Below are positions 24,101-36,800 of a DNA stretch of 64,000 nucleotides, in pieces; the stretch's first letter is position 1, and every line of letters begins with the position of its first letter. The DNA comes from Eledone cirrhosa (Eukaryota), in contig OZ024743.1 of NCBI GenBank assembly GCA_964016885.1, positions 132,122,001-132,186,000 on the forward strand, given 5' to 3'. A program made the translations under genes and the position numbers. A model generated the notes under the pieces. The model was given only the letters and a program-made list of their open reading frames with translations, did no database searches and was not told the DNA's origin.

Positions 24101-27100
24101 TGGTGCTTGGTGCTGGGTGGTTGGTATTTGGTGCTTGGTGCTTGGTGTTTGGTGCTTGGTGCTTGGTGCTTGGTGTTTGGTGCTTGGTGCTTGGTGCTTG
24201 GTCTTTGGTGCTTGGTGTTTGGTGTTTGGTGCTTGGTGCTTGGTGCTTGGTGTTTGGTGCTTGGTGATTAGTGTTTGGTGCTTGGTGCTTGGGGTTTGGT
24301 GTTTGGTGCTTGGTGCTTGGTGTTTGGTGCTTGGTACTTGGTGTTTGGTGCTTGGTGTTTGGTGTTTGCTGTTTGGTGTTTGGTGTTTGGTGTTTGGTGT
24401 TTGCTGTTTGGTGTCTGCTTTTTGGTGTTTGGTGTTTGCTGTATGGTGTTTGCTGTTTCGTGTTTGGTGTTTGCTGTTTGGTGTTTGGTGTTTGCTGTTA
24501 GGTGTTTGGTCTTTGGTGCTTGGTGTTTGGTGCTTGGTGTTTGGTGTTTGGTGCTTGGTGCTTGGTGTTTGGTGTTTGGTGCTTGGTGCTTGGTGCTTGG
24601 TGTTTGGTCTTTGGTGCTTGGTGTTTGGTGCTTGGTGTTTGGTGTTTGGTGCTTGGTGCTTGGTGTTTGGTGTTTGGTGCTTGGTGCTTGGTGCTTGGTG
24701 CTTGGTGCTTGGTGTTTGGTGTTTGGTGCTTGGTGTCTGGTGTTTGGTGCTTGGTGCTTGGTGTTTGGTGCTTGGTGCTTGGTGTTTGTACTTGGTGCTT
24801 GGTGCTTGGTGTTTGGTGCTTGGTTCTTGGTGTTTGGTGCTTGGTGTTTGGTGCTTGGTGCTTGGTGTTTGGTGCTTGGTGCTTGGTGCTTGGTGTTAGG
24901 TGTTTGGTGCTTGGTGCTTGGTGTTTGGTGTTTGGTTCTTGGTGCTTGGTATTTGGTGCTTGGTGCTTGCTGCTTGGTGTTTGGTGCTTGGTGATTGATG
25001 CTTGGTGTTTGGTGCTTGGTGCTTGGTGTTTGGTTTTTGGTGCTAGGTGCTTGGTGCTTGGTGTTTGGTGCTTGGTGTTTGGTGTTTGGTGCTTGGTGCT
25101 TGGTGTTTGGTACTTGGTGCTTGGTGCTTGGTGTTTGGTGCTTGGTGTTTGGTGTTTGGTGCTTGGTGCTTGGTGTTTGGTACTTGGTGCTTGGTGCTTG
25201 GTGTTTGGTGCTTGGTGCTTGGTGTTTGGTGTTTGGTGTTTGGTGCCTGGTGCTTGGTGTTTGGTGCTTGGTGCTTGGTGTTTGTACTTCTTACTTGGTG
25301 CTTGGTGTCTGGTGTTTGGTGCTTGGTGTCTGGTGTTTTGTGCTTGGTGTTTGGTGTTTGGTGCTTGGTGCTTGGTGTTTGGTGTTTGGTGCTTGGTGCT
25401 TGGTGTTTGGTGTTTAGTGCTTGGTGTTTGGTGTTTGTTGCTTGGTGCTTGGTGTTTGTTGCTTGGTACTTGGTGCATGGTGTTTGGTGCTGGGTGCTTG
25501 GTGTTTGGTGCTTGGTGTTTGGTGCTTGGTGCTTGGTGTTTCGTGTTTGGTGTTTGATGCTTGGTGCTTGGTGTTTGGTGCTTGGTGTTTGTACTTGGTG
25601 CTTGGTGCTTGGTTTTTTTGTGCTTAGTTCTTGGTGTTTGGTGTTTGGTGCTTGGTGCTTGGTGCTTGGTTTTAGGTGTTTGGTGCTTGGTGCTTGGTGT
25701 TTGGTGTTTGGTCCTTGGTGCTTCGTGTTTAGTGCTTGGTGCTTGGTGTTTGTTGTTTGGTGCTTTCTGCTTGCTGCTTGGTGTTTGGTGCTTGGTCATT
25801 GGTGCTTGGTGTTTGGTGCTTGGTGCTTGGTGTTTGTTGTTTGGTGCTAGATGCTTGGTGCTTGGTGTTTGGTGTTTGGTGTTTGGTGTTTGGTGCTTCG
25901 TGCTTGGGGTTTGGTGTTTGGTGCTTGGTGCTTGGTGCATGGTCTTTGGTGCTTGGTGCTTGGTGTTTGGTGTTTCGTGTTTGGTGCTTGGTGCTTGGTG
26001 TTTGGTGCTTGGTGCTTGGTGCTGGGTGGTTGGTATTTGGTGCTTGGTGCTTGGTGTTTGGTGCTTGGTGCTTGGTGCTTGGTGTTTGGTGCTTGGTGCT
26101 TGGTGCTTGGTCTTTGGTGCTTGGTGTTTGGTGTTTGGTGCTTGGTGCTTGGTGCTTGGTGTTTGGTGCTTGGTGATTAGTGTTTGGTGCTTGGTGCTTG
26201 GGGTTTGGTGTTTGGTGCTTGGTGCTTGGTGTTTGGTGCTTGGTACTTGGTGTTTGGTGCTTGGTGTTTGGTGTTTGCTGTTTGGTGTTTGGTGTTTGGT
26301 GTTTGGTGTTTGCTGTTTGGTGTCAGCTTTTTGGTGTTTGGTGTTTGCTGTATGGTGTTTGCTGTTTCGTGTTTGGTGTTTGCTGTTAGGTGTTTGGTCT
26401 TTCGTGCTTGGTGTTTGGTGCTTGGTGTTTGGTGTTTGGTGCTTGGTGCTTGGTGTTTGGTGTTTGGTGCTTGGTGCTTGGTGCTTGGTGCTTGGTGTTT
26501 GGTGTTTGGTGCTTGGTGTTTGGTGTTTGGTGTTTGGTGCTTGGTGTTTGGTGTTTGGTGGCTGGTGTTTGGTGTTTATTCCTTGTTGCTTGGTGCTTGG
26601 TGCTTGGTGTTTGGTGTTTGGTGCTTGGTGCTTGGTGTTTGGTGCTTGGTGCTTGGTGTTTGTACTTGGTGCTTGGTGCTTGGTGTTTGGTGCTTGGTTC
26701 TTGGTGTTTGGTGCTTGGTGTTTGGTGCTTGGTGCTTGGTGTTTGGTGCTTGGTGCTTGGTGTTTGGTGTTTGGTGCTTGGTGCTTGGTGCTTGGTGTTA
26801 GGTGTTTGGTGCTTGGTGCTTGGTGTTTGGTGTTTGGTTCTTGGCGCTTGGTATTTGGTGCTTGGTGCTTGCTGCTTGGTGTTTGGTGCTTGGTGATTGA
26901 TGCTTGGTGCTTGGTGTTTGGTGCTTGGTGCTTGGTGTTTGGTGTTTGGTGCTTGGTGCTTGGTGCTTGGTGTTTGGTTTTTGGTGCTAGGTGCTTGGTG
27001 CTTGGTGTTTGGTGCTTGGTGTTTGGTGTTTGGTGCTTGGTGCTTGGTGTTTGGTACTTGGTGCTTGGTGCTTGGTGTTTGGTGCTTGGTGCTTGGTGTT

Positions 27101-27500
27101 TGGTGTTTGGTGTTTGGTGCTTGGTGCTTGGTGTTTGGTGTTTGGTGCTTGGTGCTTGGTGCTGGGTGGTTGGTGTTTGGTGCTTGGTGCTTGGTGTTTG
27201 GTGCTAGGTGCATGGTGCTTGGTGTTTGGTGCTTGGTGCTTGGTGCTTGGTCTTTGGTGTTTGGTGTTTAGTGCTTGGTGCTTGGTGCTTGGTGCTTGGT
27301 GCTTGGTCCTTGGTGTTTGGTGCTTGGTGCTTGGTGTTTGGTGTTTGGTGCTTGGTGCTTGGTGCTTTGTGTTTGGTGTTTGGTGCTTGGTGTCTGGAGC
27401 TTGGTGTTTGGTGTTTGGTGCTTGGTGTTTGGTGTTTGGTGCTTGGTGCTTGGTGTTTGGTGCTTGGTGCTTGGTGTTTGTACTTGGTGCTTGGTGCTTG
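18150..27500 (+). repeat. Domain of 1.7-2.8 kb modules arranged in a ~4.0-4.7 kb duplication
   Basis: Marker GGTCATTGG at 19363, 21110, 23885 and 25794 (also 28073 and 38435). ORF offsets are 1747 (19305/21052), 4053 (18244/22297), 4522 (18991/23513), 4620 (20375/24995) and 4684 (21496/26180). Confidence 0.85.
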
Positions 27501-29089
27501 GTGTTTGGTGCTTGGTTCTTGGTGTTTGGTGCTTGGTGTTTGGAGCTTGGTGCTTGGTGTTTGGTGCTTGGTGCTTGGTGTTTGTACTTGGTGCTTGGTG
27601 CTTGGTGTTTGGTGCTTGGTTCTTGGTGTTTGGTGCTTGGTGTTTGGAGCTTGGTGCTTGGTGTTTGGTGCTTGGTGCTTGGTGTTTGGTGTTTGGTGCT
27701 TGGTGCTAGGTGTTTGGTGCTTGGTGCTTGGTGTTTGGTGTTTGGTTCTTGGTGCTTGGTATTTGGTGCTTGGTGTTTGCTGTTTGGTGCTAGATGCTTG
27801 GTGCTTGGTGTTTGGTGTTTGGTGTTTGGTGTTTGGTGCTTCGTGCTTGGGGTTTGGTGTTTGGTGCTTGGTGCTTGGTGCTTGGTCTTTGGTGCTTGGT
27901 GCTTGGTGTTTGGTGTTTCGTGTTTGGTGCTTGGTGCTTGGTGCTGGGTGGTTGGTATTTGGTGCTTGGTGCTTGGTGTTTGGTGCTTGGTGCTTGGTGC
28001 TTGGTGTTTGGTGCTTGGTGCTTGGTGTTTGTTGTTTGGTGCTTTCTGCTTGCTGCTTGGTGTTTGGTGCTTGGTCATTGGTGCTTGGTGTTTGGTGCTT
28101 GGTGCTTGGTGTTTGCTGTTTGGTGCTAGATGCTTGGTGCTTGGTGTTTGGTGTTTGGTGTTTGGTGTTTGGTGTTTGGTGCTTCGTGCTTGGGGTTTGG
28201 TGTTTGGTGCTTGGTGCTTGGTGCTTGGTCTTTGGTGCTTGGTGCTTGGTGTTTGGTGTTTCGTGTTTGGTGCTTGGTGCTTGGTGTTTGGTGCTTGGTG
28301 CTTGGTGCTGGGTGGTTGGTATTTGGTGCTTGGTGCTTGGTGTTTGGTGCTTGGTGCTTGGTGCTTGGTGTTTGGTGCTTGGTGCTTGGTGCTTGGTCTT
28401 TGGTGCTTGGTGTTTGGTGTTTGGTGCTTGGTGCTTGGTGCTTGGTGTTTGGTGCTTGGTGATTAGTGTTTGGTGCTTGGTGCTTGGGGTTTGGTGTTTG
28501 GTGCTTGGTGCTTGGTGTTTGGTGCTTGGTACTTGGTGTTTGGTGCTTGGTGTTTGGTGTTTGCTGTTTGGTGTTTGGTGTTTGGTGTTTGGTGTTTGCT
28601 GTTTGGTGTCTGCTTTTTGGTGTTTGGTGTTTGCTGTATGGTGTTTGCTGTTTCGTGTTTGGTGTTTGCTCTTTGGTGTTTGGTGTTTGCTGTTAGGTGT
28701 TTGGTCTTTGGTGCTTGGTGTTTGGTGCTTGGTGTTTGGTGTTTGGTGCTTGGTGCTTGGTGTTTGGTGTTTGGTGCTTGGTGCTTGGTGCTTGGTGTTT
28801 GGTGTTTGGTGCTTGGTGTTTGGTGTTTGGTGTTTGGTGCTTGGTGTTTGGTGTTTGGTGCCTGGTGTTTGGTGTTTATTGCTTGTTGCTTGGTGCTTGG
28901 TGCTTGGTGTTTGGTGTTTGGTGCTTGGGGTTTGGTGCTGGGTGCTTGGTGTTTGGTGCTTGGTGCTTGGTGCTTGGTGCTTGGTGTTTCGTGTTTGGTG
29001 CTGGGTGCTTGGTGTTTGGTGTTTGGTGTTATATGCTTGGTGTTTGATGCTTGGTGCTTGGTGCTTGGTGTTAGGTGTTTGGAGCTTGG

Positions 29090-31060
29090 TGTTTGATGCT
29101 TGGTGTTTAATGCTTGGTGCTTGGTACTAGGTGTTTGGTGCTTGGTGCTTGGTGTTTGTACTTGGTGCTTGGTGCTTGGTTCTTGGTGTTTGGTGCTTGG
29201 TGCTTGGTGCTTGGTGCTTTGTGTTTGGTGCTTGGTGTTTGGTGCTTGGTGTTTGGTGCTTGGTGCCTGCTGCTTGGTGCTTGGTGTTTGGTGCTTGGTG
29301 TTTGGGGCTTGGTGTTAGGTGTTTGGTGCTTGGTGCTTGGTGTTTGGTGTTTGGTGCTTGGTGTTTGGTGCTTGGTGCTTGGTGTTTGGTGTTTGGTCCT
29401 TGGTGTTTGGTGCTTGGTACTTGGTGCTTGGTGCTTGGTGTTATGTGTTTGGTGCTTGGTGCTTGGTGTTTGGTTTTTGGTGCTTGGTGTTTGGTGCTTG
29501 GTGTTTGGTGTTTGGTGCTAGGTGCTTGGTGCTTGGTGTTTGGTGCTTGGTGCTTGGTGTTTGGTGTTTGGTGTTTGGTGCTTGGTGCTTGGTGTTTGGT
29601 GCTTGGTGCTTGGTGCTGGGTGGTTGGTGTTTGGTGCTTGGTGTTTGGTGCTGGGTGCTTGGTGTTTGGTGCTTGGTGTTTGGTGCTTGGTGTTTGGTGT
29701 TTGGTGCTTGGTGCTTGGTGTTTGGTGCTTGGTTCTTGGTGTTTGGTGCTTGGTGCTTAGTGTTTGGTGCTAGATGCTTGGGGTTTGGTGTTTGGTGCTT
29801 GGCGTTTGGTGCTTGGTGCTTGGTGTTTGGTGTTTGGTGTTTGGTGCTTGGTGCTTGGTATTTGGTGTTTGCTGTTTGCTGTTTGGTGTTTGTTGTTTGG
29901 TGTTTGTTGTTTGGTGTTTGGTGTTTGCTGTTTGGTGTCTGCTTTTTGGTGTTTGGTGTTTGCTGTATGTTGTTTGCTGTTTGGTGTTTGGTGTTTGGTA
30001 TTTGGTGTTTGGTGCTTGGTGCTTGATGTTTGGTGCTTGGTGCTTGGTGTTTGGTGCCTGGTGCTTGGTGCTTGGTGTTTGGTGTTTGGTGCTTGGTGCT
30101 TGGTGCTTGGAGTTTGATGCTTGGTGTTTGATGCTTGGTGCTTGGTACTAGGTGTTTGGTGCTTGGTGCTTGGTGTTTGTACTTGGTGCTTGGTGCTTGG
30201 TTCTTGGTGTTTGGTGCTTGGTGCTTGGTGCTTGGTGCTTTGTGTTTGGTGCTTGGTGTTTGGTGCTTGGTGTTTGGTGCTTGGTGCCTGCTGCTTGGTG
30301 CTTGGTGTTTGGTGCTTGGTGTTTGGGGCTTGGTGTTAGGTGTTTGGTGCTTGGTGCTTGGTGTTTGGTGTTTGGTGCTTGGTGTTTGGTGCTTGGTGCT
30401 TGGTGTTTGGTGTTTGGTCCTTGGTGTTTGGTGCTTGGTACTTGGTGCTTGGTGCTTGGTGTTATGTGTTTGGTGCTTGGTGCTTGGTGTTTGGTTTTTG
30501 GTGCTTGGTGTTTGGTGCTTGGTGTTTGGTGTTTGGTGCTAGGTGCTTGGTGCTTGGTGTTTGGTGCTTGGTGCTTGGTGTTTGGTGTTTGGTGTTTGGT
30601 GCTTGGTGCTTGGTGTTTGGTGCTTGGTGCTTGGTGCTGGGTGGTTGGTGTTTGGTGCTTGGTGTTTGGTGCTGGGTGCTTGGTGTTTGGTGCTTGGTGT
30701 TTGGTGCATGGTGTTTGGTGTTTGGTGCTTGGTGCTTGGTGTTTGGTGCTTGGTTCTTGGTGTTTGGTGCTTGGTGCTTAGTGTTTGGTGCTAGATGCTT
30801 GGGGTTTGGTGTTTGGTGCTTGGCGTTTGGTGCTTGGTGCTTGGTGTTTGGTGTTTGGTGTTTGGTGCTTGGTGCTTGGTATTTGGTGTTTGTTGTTTGG
30901 TGTTTGGTGTTTGCTGTTTGGTGTCTGCTTTTTGGTGTTTGGTGTTTGCTGTATGTTGTTTGCTGTTTGGTGTTTGGTGTTTGGTATTTGGTGTTTGGTG
31001 CTTGGTGCTTGGTGTTTGGTGCTTGGTGCTTGGTGTTTGGTGCCTGGTGCTTGGTGCTTG
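29090..31060 (+). repeat. 1021-bp (146-monomer) tandem duplication nested within the 10 kb unit
   Basis: Offset 1021 for ORFs 29100/30121, 29319/30340, 29522/30543 and 29764/30785. GGTACTAGG at 29123 and 30144. 1021 = 146x7-1, consistent with one 6-bp TTGTAC unit. Confidence 0.92.
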
Positions 31061-31999
31061 GTGTTTGGTGCTTGTTGCTTGGTGTCTTGTGTTTGGTGTT
31101 TGGTGCTTGGTGCTTGGTGTTTGGTGCTTTGTGCTTGGTGCTTGGTGTTTGTACTTGGTGCTTGGTGCTTGGTGTTTGGTTCTTGGTTCTTGGTGTTTGG
31201 TACTTGGTGCTTGGTGCTTGGTGTTTGGTGCTTGGTGTTTGGTGCTTGTTGCTTGGTGTTTGGTGCTTGGTGTTTGGTGTTTGGTGCTTGGTGCTTGGTG
31301 TTTGGTGTTTGGTGTTTGGTGTTTGCTGTTTGGTGTTTGGTGTTTGCTGTTTGCTGTTTGGTGTCTGCTTTTTGGTGTTTGGTGTTTGCTGTATGGTGTT
31401 TGCTGTTTTGGTGTTTGGTGTTTGCTGTTTGGTGTTTGGTCTTTGGTGCTTGGTGTTTGGTGTTTGGTGCTTGGTGCTTGGTGCTTGGTGTTTGGTGTTT
31501 GGTGCTTGGTGTCTGGTGCTTGGTGTTTGGTGTTTGGTGCTTGGTGTTTGGTGTTTGGTGTTTGGTGCTTGGTGCTTGGTGTTTGGTGTTTGGTGCTTGG
31601 TGTTTGGTGTTTGGTGCTTGTTGCTTGGTGCTTGGTGCTTGGTGTTTGGTGCTTGGTGCTTGGTGTTTGGTGCTGGGTGCTGGGTGCTTGGTGTTTGGTG
31701 CTTGGTGCTTGGTGCTTGGTGTTTGGTGCTTGGTGCTTTGTGCTTGGTCTTTGGTGCTTGGTGTTTGCTGTTTGGTGCTTGGTGCTTGGTGCTTGGTGTT
31801 TGGTGCTTGGTGATTAGTGTTTGGTGCTTGGTGCTTGGGGTTTGGTGTTTGGTGCTTGGTGCTTGGTGTTTGGTGCTTGGTACTTGGTGTTTGGTGCTTG
31901 CTGTTTGGTGTTTGCTGTTTGGTGTCTGCTTTTTGGTGTTTGGTGTTTGCTGTATGGTGTTTGCTGTTTCGCGTTTGGTGTTTGCTGTTTGGTGTTTGG

Positions 32000-34900
32000 T
32001 GCTTGGTGCTTGGTGTTTGGTGCTTGGTGTTTGGTGCTTGGTGCTTGGTGTTTGTACTTGGTGCTTGGTGCTTGGTGCTTGGTGCTGGGTGGTTGGTGTT
32101 TGGTGCTTGGTGTTTGGTGCTGGGTGCTTGGTGTTTGGTGCTTGGTGCTTGGTGTTTGGTGCTTGGTGTTTGGTGTTTGGTGCTTGGTGCTTGGTGTTTG
32201 GTGCTTGGTGCTTGGTGTTTGGTGCTTGGTGCTTAGTGTTTGGTTCTAGGTGCTTGGGGTTTGGTGTTTGGTGCTTGGTGTTTGGTGCTTGGTGCTTGGT
32301 GTTTGGTGTTTGGTGTTCGGTGCTTGGTGCTTGGTATTTGGTGTTTGATGTTTGCTGTTTGGTGTTTGTTGTTTGGTGTTTGTTGTTTGGTGTTTGCTGT
32401 TTGGTGTTTGGTGTTTGGTGTTTGCTGTTTGGTGTCTGCTTTTTGGTGTTTGGTGTTATATGCTTGGTGTTTGATGCTTGGTGCTTGGTGCTTGGTGTTT
32501 GGTGTTTGGTGCTTGGTGTTTGATGCTTGGTGTTTGATGCTTGGTGCTTGGTGCTTGGTGTTTGGTGCTTGGTGCTTGGTGTTTGTACTTGGTGCTTGGT
32601 GCTTGGTTCTTGGTGTTTGGTGCTTGGTGCTTGGTGCTTTGTGTTTGGTGCTTGGTGTTTGGTGCTTGGTGTTTGGTGCTTGGTGCCTGCTGCTTGATGC
32701 TTGGTGTTTGGTGTTTGGTGTTTGGTGCTTGGTGTTAGGTGTTTGGTGCTTGGTGCTTGGTGTTTGGTGTTTGGTGCTTGGTGTTTGGTGCTTGGTGCTT
32801 GGTGTTTGGTGTTTGGTGCTTGGTGTTTGGTGCTTGGTACTTGGTGCTTGGTGCTTGGTGTTAGGTGTTTGGTGCTTGGTGCTTGGTGTTTGGTTTTTGG
32901 TGCTTGGTGCTTGGTGTTTGGTGTTTGGTGCTTGCTGCTGGCTGCTTGGTGCTTGGTGATTGGTGCTTGGTGTTTGGTGCTTGGTGTTTGGTGTTTGGTG
33001 CTAGGTGCTTGGTGCTTGGTGTTTGGTGCTTGGTGCTTGGTGTTTGGTGTTTGGTGTTTGGTGCTTGGTGCTTGGTGTTTGGTGCTTGGGGCTTGGTGCT
33101 GGGTGGTTGGTGTTTGGTGCTTGGTGTTTGGTGCTGGGTGCTTGGTGTTTGGTGCTTGGTGCTTGGTGTTTGGTGCTTGGTGTTTGGTGTTTGGTGCTTG
33201 GTGCTTGGTGTTTGGTGCTTGGTGCTTGGTGTTTGGTGCTTGGTGCTTAGTGTTTGGTGCTAGGTGCTTGGGGTTTGATGTTTGGTGCTTGGTGTTTGGT
33301 GCTTGGTGCTTGGTGTTTGGTGTTTGGTGTTTGGTGCTTGGTGCTTGGTATTTGGTGTTTGCTGTTTGCTGTTTGGTGTTTGTTGTTTGGTGTTTGTTGT
33401 TTGGTGTTTGCTGTTTGGTGTTTGCTGCTTGGTGTTTGGTGCTTGGTGCTTGATGCTTGGTGTTTTGTGTTTGGTGCTTGGTGCTTGGTGTTTGGTGCTT
33501 GGTGCTTGGTTCTAGGTGTTTGTACTTGGTGCTTGGTGTTTGGTGCTTGGTGCTTGGTGCTTGGTGTTTGGTGTTTGGTGCTTGGTTCTTGGTGCTTGGA
33601 GTTTGGTGTTTGGTGCATGTTGCTTGGTGTTTGGTGCTTGGTGCTTTGTGCTTGGTGTTTGGTGTTTGCTGCTTGGTGTTTGGTGCTTGGTGCTTGGTGC
33701 TTGGTGTTTTGAGTTTGGTGCTTGGTGCTTGGTGTTTGGTGCTTGGTGCTTGGTGCTTGGTGTTTGTACTTGGTGCTTGGTGCTTGGTGTTTGGTTCTTG
33801 GTTCTTGGTGTTTGGTACTTGGTGCTTGGTGCTTGGTGCTTGGTGTTTGGTGCTTGGTGTTTGGTGCTTGTTGCTTGGTGTTTGGTGCTTGGTGTTTGGT
33901 GTTTGGTGCTTGGTGCTTGGTGTTTGGTGTTTGGTGTTTGCTGTTTGCTGTTTGGTGTTTGGTGTTTGCTGTTTGCTGTTTGGTGTCTGCTTTTTGGTGT
34001 TTGGTGTTTGCTGTATGGTGTTTGCTGTTTTGGTGTTTGGTGTTTGCTGTTTGGTGTTTGGTCTTTGGTGCTTGGTGTTTGGTGCTTGGTGCTTGGTGTT
34101 TGGTGTTTGGTGCTTGGTGTTTGGTGTTTGGTGTTTGGTGCTTGGTGCTTGGTGCTTGGTGTTTGGTGTTTGGTGTTTGGTGCTTGGAGTCTGGTGCTTG
34201 GTGCTTGGTGTTTGGTGCTTGGTGTTTGGTGTTTGGTGTTTGGTGCTTGGTGCTTGGTGCTTGGTGTTTGGTGTTTGGTGCTTGGTGTTTGGTGTTTGGT
34301 GCTTGTTGCTTGGTGCTTGGTGCTTGGTGTTTGGTGCTTGGGGCTTGGTGTTTGGTGCTGGGTGCTGGGTGCTTGGTGTTTGGTGCTTGGTGTTTGGTGC
34401 TTGGTGTTTGGTGCTTGGTGCTTGGTGCTTGGTCTTTGGTGCTTGGTGTTTGCTGTTTGGTGCTTGGTGCTTGGTGCTTCGTGTTTGGTGCTTGGTGATT
34501 AGTGTTTGGTGCTTGGTGCTTGGGGTTTGGTGTTTGGTGCTTGGTGCTTGGTGTTTGGTGCTTGGTGCTTGGTGTTTGGTGCTTGGTGTTTGGTGCTTGG
34601 TGCTTGGTGTTTGTACTTGGTGCTTGGTGCTTGGTGCTTGGTGCTGGGTGGTTGGTGTTTGGTGCTTGGTGTTTGGTGCTGGGTGCTTGGTGTTTGGTGC
34701 TTGGTGCTTGGTGTTTGGTGCTTGGTGTTTGGTGTTTGGTGCTTGGTGCTTGGTGTTTGGTGTTGGTGCTTGGTGTTTGGTGCTTGGTGCTTAGTGTTTG
34801 GTTCTAGGTGCTTGGGGTTTGGTGTTTGGTGCTTGGTGTTTGGTGCTTGGTGCTTGGTGTTTGGTGTTTGGTGTTCGGTGCTTGGTGCTTGGTATTTGGT

Positions 34901-36800
34901 GTTTGATGTTTGCTGTTTGGTGTTTGTTGTTTGGTGTTTGTTGTTTGGTGTTTGCTGTTTGGTGTTTGGTGTTTGGTGTTTGCTGTTTGGTGTCTGCTTT
35001 TTGGTGTTTGGTGTTATATGCTTGGTGTTTGATGCTTGGTGCTTGGTGCTTGGTGTTTGGTGTTTGGTGCTTGGTGTTTGATGCTTGGTGTTTGATGCTT
35101 GGTGCTTGGTGCTTGGTGTTTGGTGCTTGGTGCTTGGTGTTTGTACTTGGTGCTTGGTGCTTGGTTCTTGGTGTTTGGTGCTTGGTGCTTGGTGCTTTGT
35201 GTTTGGTGCTTGGTGTTTGGTGCTTGGTGTTTGGTGCTTGGTGCCTGCTGCTTGGTGCTTGGTGTTTGGTGTTTGGTGCTTGGTGCTTGGTGTTTGGTGT
35301 TTGGTGCTTGGTGTTTGGTGCTTGGTGCTTGGTGTTTGGTGTTTGGTGCTTGGTGTTTGGTGCTTGGTACTTGGTGCTTGGTGCTTGGTGTTAGGTGTTT
35401 GGTGCTTGGTGCTTGGTGTTTGGTTTTTGGTGCTTGGTGCTTGGTGTTTGGTGTTTAGTGCTTGCTGCTGGCTGCTTGGTGCTTGGTGTTTGGTGCTTGG
35501 TGCTTGGTGTTTGGTGTTTGGTGTTTGGTGCTTGGTGCTTGGTGTTTGGTGCTTGGGGCTTGGTGCTGGGTGGTTGGTGTTTGGTGCTTGGTGTTTAGTG
35601 CTGGGTGCTTGGTGTTTGGTGCTTGGTGCTTGGTGTTTGGTGCTTGGTGTTTGGTGTTTGGTGCTTGGTGCTTGATGTTTGGTGCTTGGTGCTTGGTGTT
35701 TGGTGCTTGGTGCTTAGTGTTTGGTGCTAGGTGCTTGGGGTTTGATGTTTGGTGCTTGGTGTTTGGTGCTTGGTGCTTGGTGTTTGGTGTTTGGTGTTTG
35801 GTGCTTGGTGCTTGGTATTTGGTGTTTGCTGTTTGCTGTTTGCTGTTTGTTGTTTGGTGTTTGTTGTTTGGTGTTTGCTGTTTGGTGTTTGCTGCTTGGT
35901 GTTTGGTGCTTGGTGCTTGATGCTTGGTGTTTTGTGTTTGGTGCTTGGTGCTTGGTGTTTGGTGCTTGGTGCTTGGTTCTAGGTGTTTGTACTTGGTGCT
36001 TGGTGTTTGGTGCTTGGTGCTTGGTGCTTGGTGTTTGGTGTTTGGTGCTTGGTTCTTGGTGCTTGGAGTTTGGTGTTTGGTGCATGTTGCTTGGTGTTTG
36101 GTGCTTGGTGCTTTGTGCTTGGTGTTTGGTGTTTGCTGCTTGGTGTTTGGTGCTTGGTGCTTGGTGCTTGGTGTTTTGAGTTTGGTGCTTGGTGCTTGGT
36201 GTTTGGTGCTTGGTGCTTGGTGCTTGGTGTTTGTACTTGGTGCTTGGTGCTTGGTGTTTGGTTCTTGGTTCTTGGTGTTTGGTACTTGGTGCTTGGTGCT
36301 TGGTGCTTGGTGTTTGGTGCTTGGTGTTTGGTGCTTGTTGCTTGGTGTTTGGTGCTTGGTTTTTGGTGTTTGGTGCTTGGTGCTTGGTGTTTGGTGTTTG
36401 GTGTTTGCTGTTTGCTGTTTGGTGTTTGGTGTTTGCTGTTTGCTGTTTGCTGTTTGGTGTCTGCTTTTTGGTGTTTGGTGCTTGGTGTCTGGTGCTTGGT
36501 ACTTGGTGTTTGGTGCTTGGTGTTTGGTGTTTGGTGTTTGGTGCTTGGTGCTTGGTGTTTGGTGTTTGGTGCTTGGTGTTTGGTGTTTGGTGCTTGTTGC
36601 TTGGTGCTTGGTGCTTGGTGTTTGGTGCTTGGGGCTTGGTGTTTGGTGCTGGGTGCTGGGTGCTTGGTGTTTGGTGCTTGGTGTTTGGTGCTTGGTGTTT
36701 GGTGCTTGGTGCTTGGTGCTTGGTCTTTGGTGCTTGGTGTTTGCTGTTTGGTGCTTGGTGCTTGGTGCTTCGTGTTTGGTGCTTGGTGATTAGTGTTTGG
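32000..36800 (+). repeat. About 2.5 kb tandem duplication nested within the 10 kb unit (mirrored at ~42.1-47.0 kb)
   Basis: ORF offsets 2558 (32240/34798, 32541/35099) and 2467 (33247/35714, 33722/36189). Shared markers GGTTCTAGG, GCATGTTGC and TTTGAGT. Confidence 0.88.

Noticed and set aside
25611-25620. Isolated T7 run giving a +1 phase shift
   Set aside because: It is a single instance in a homopolymer and could be a sequencing error or private indel. It has no structural significance.
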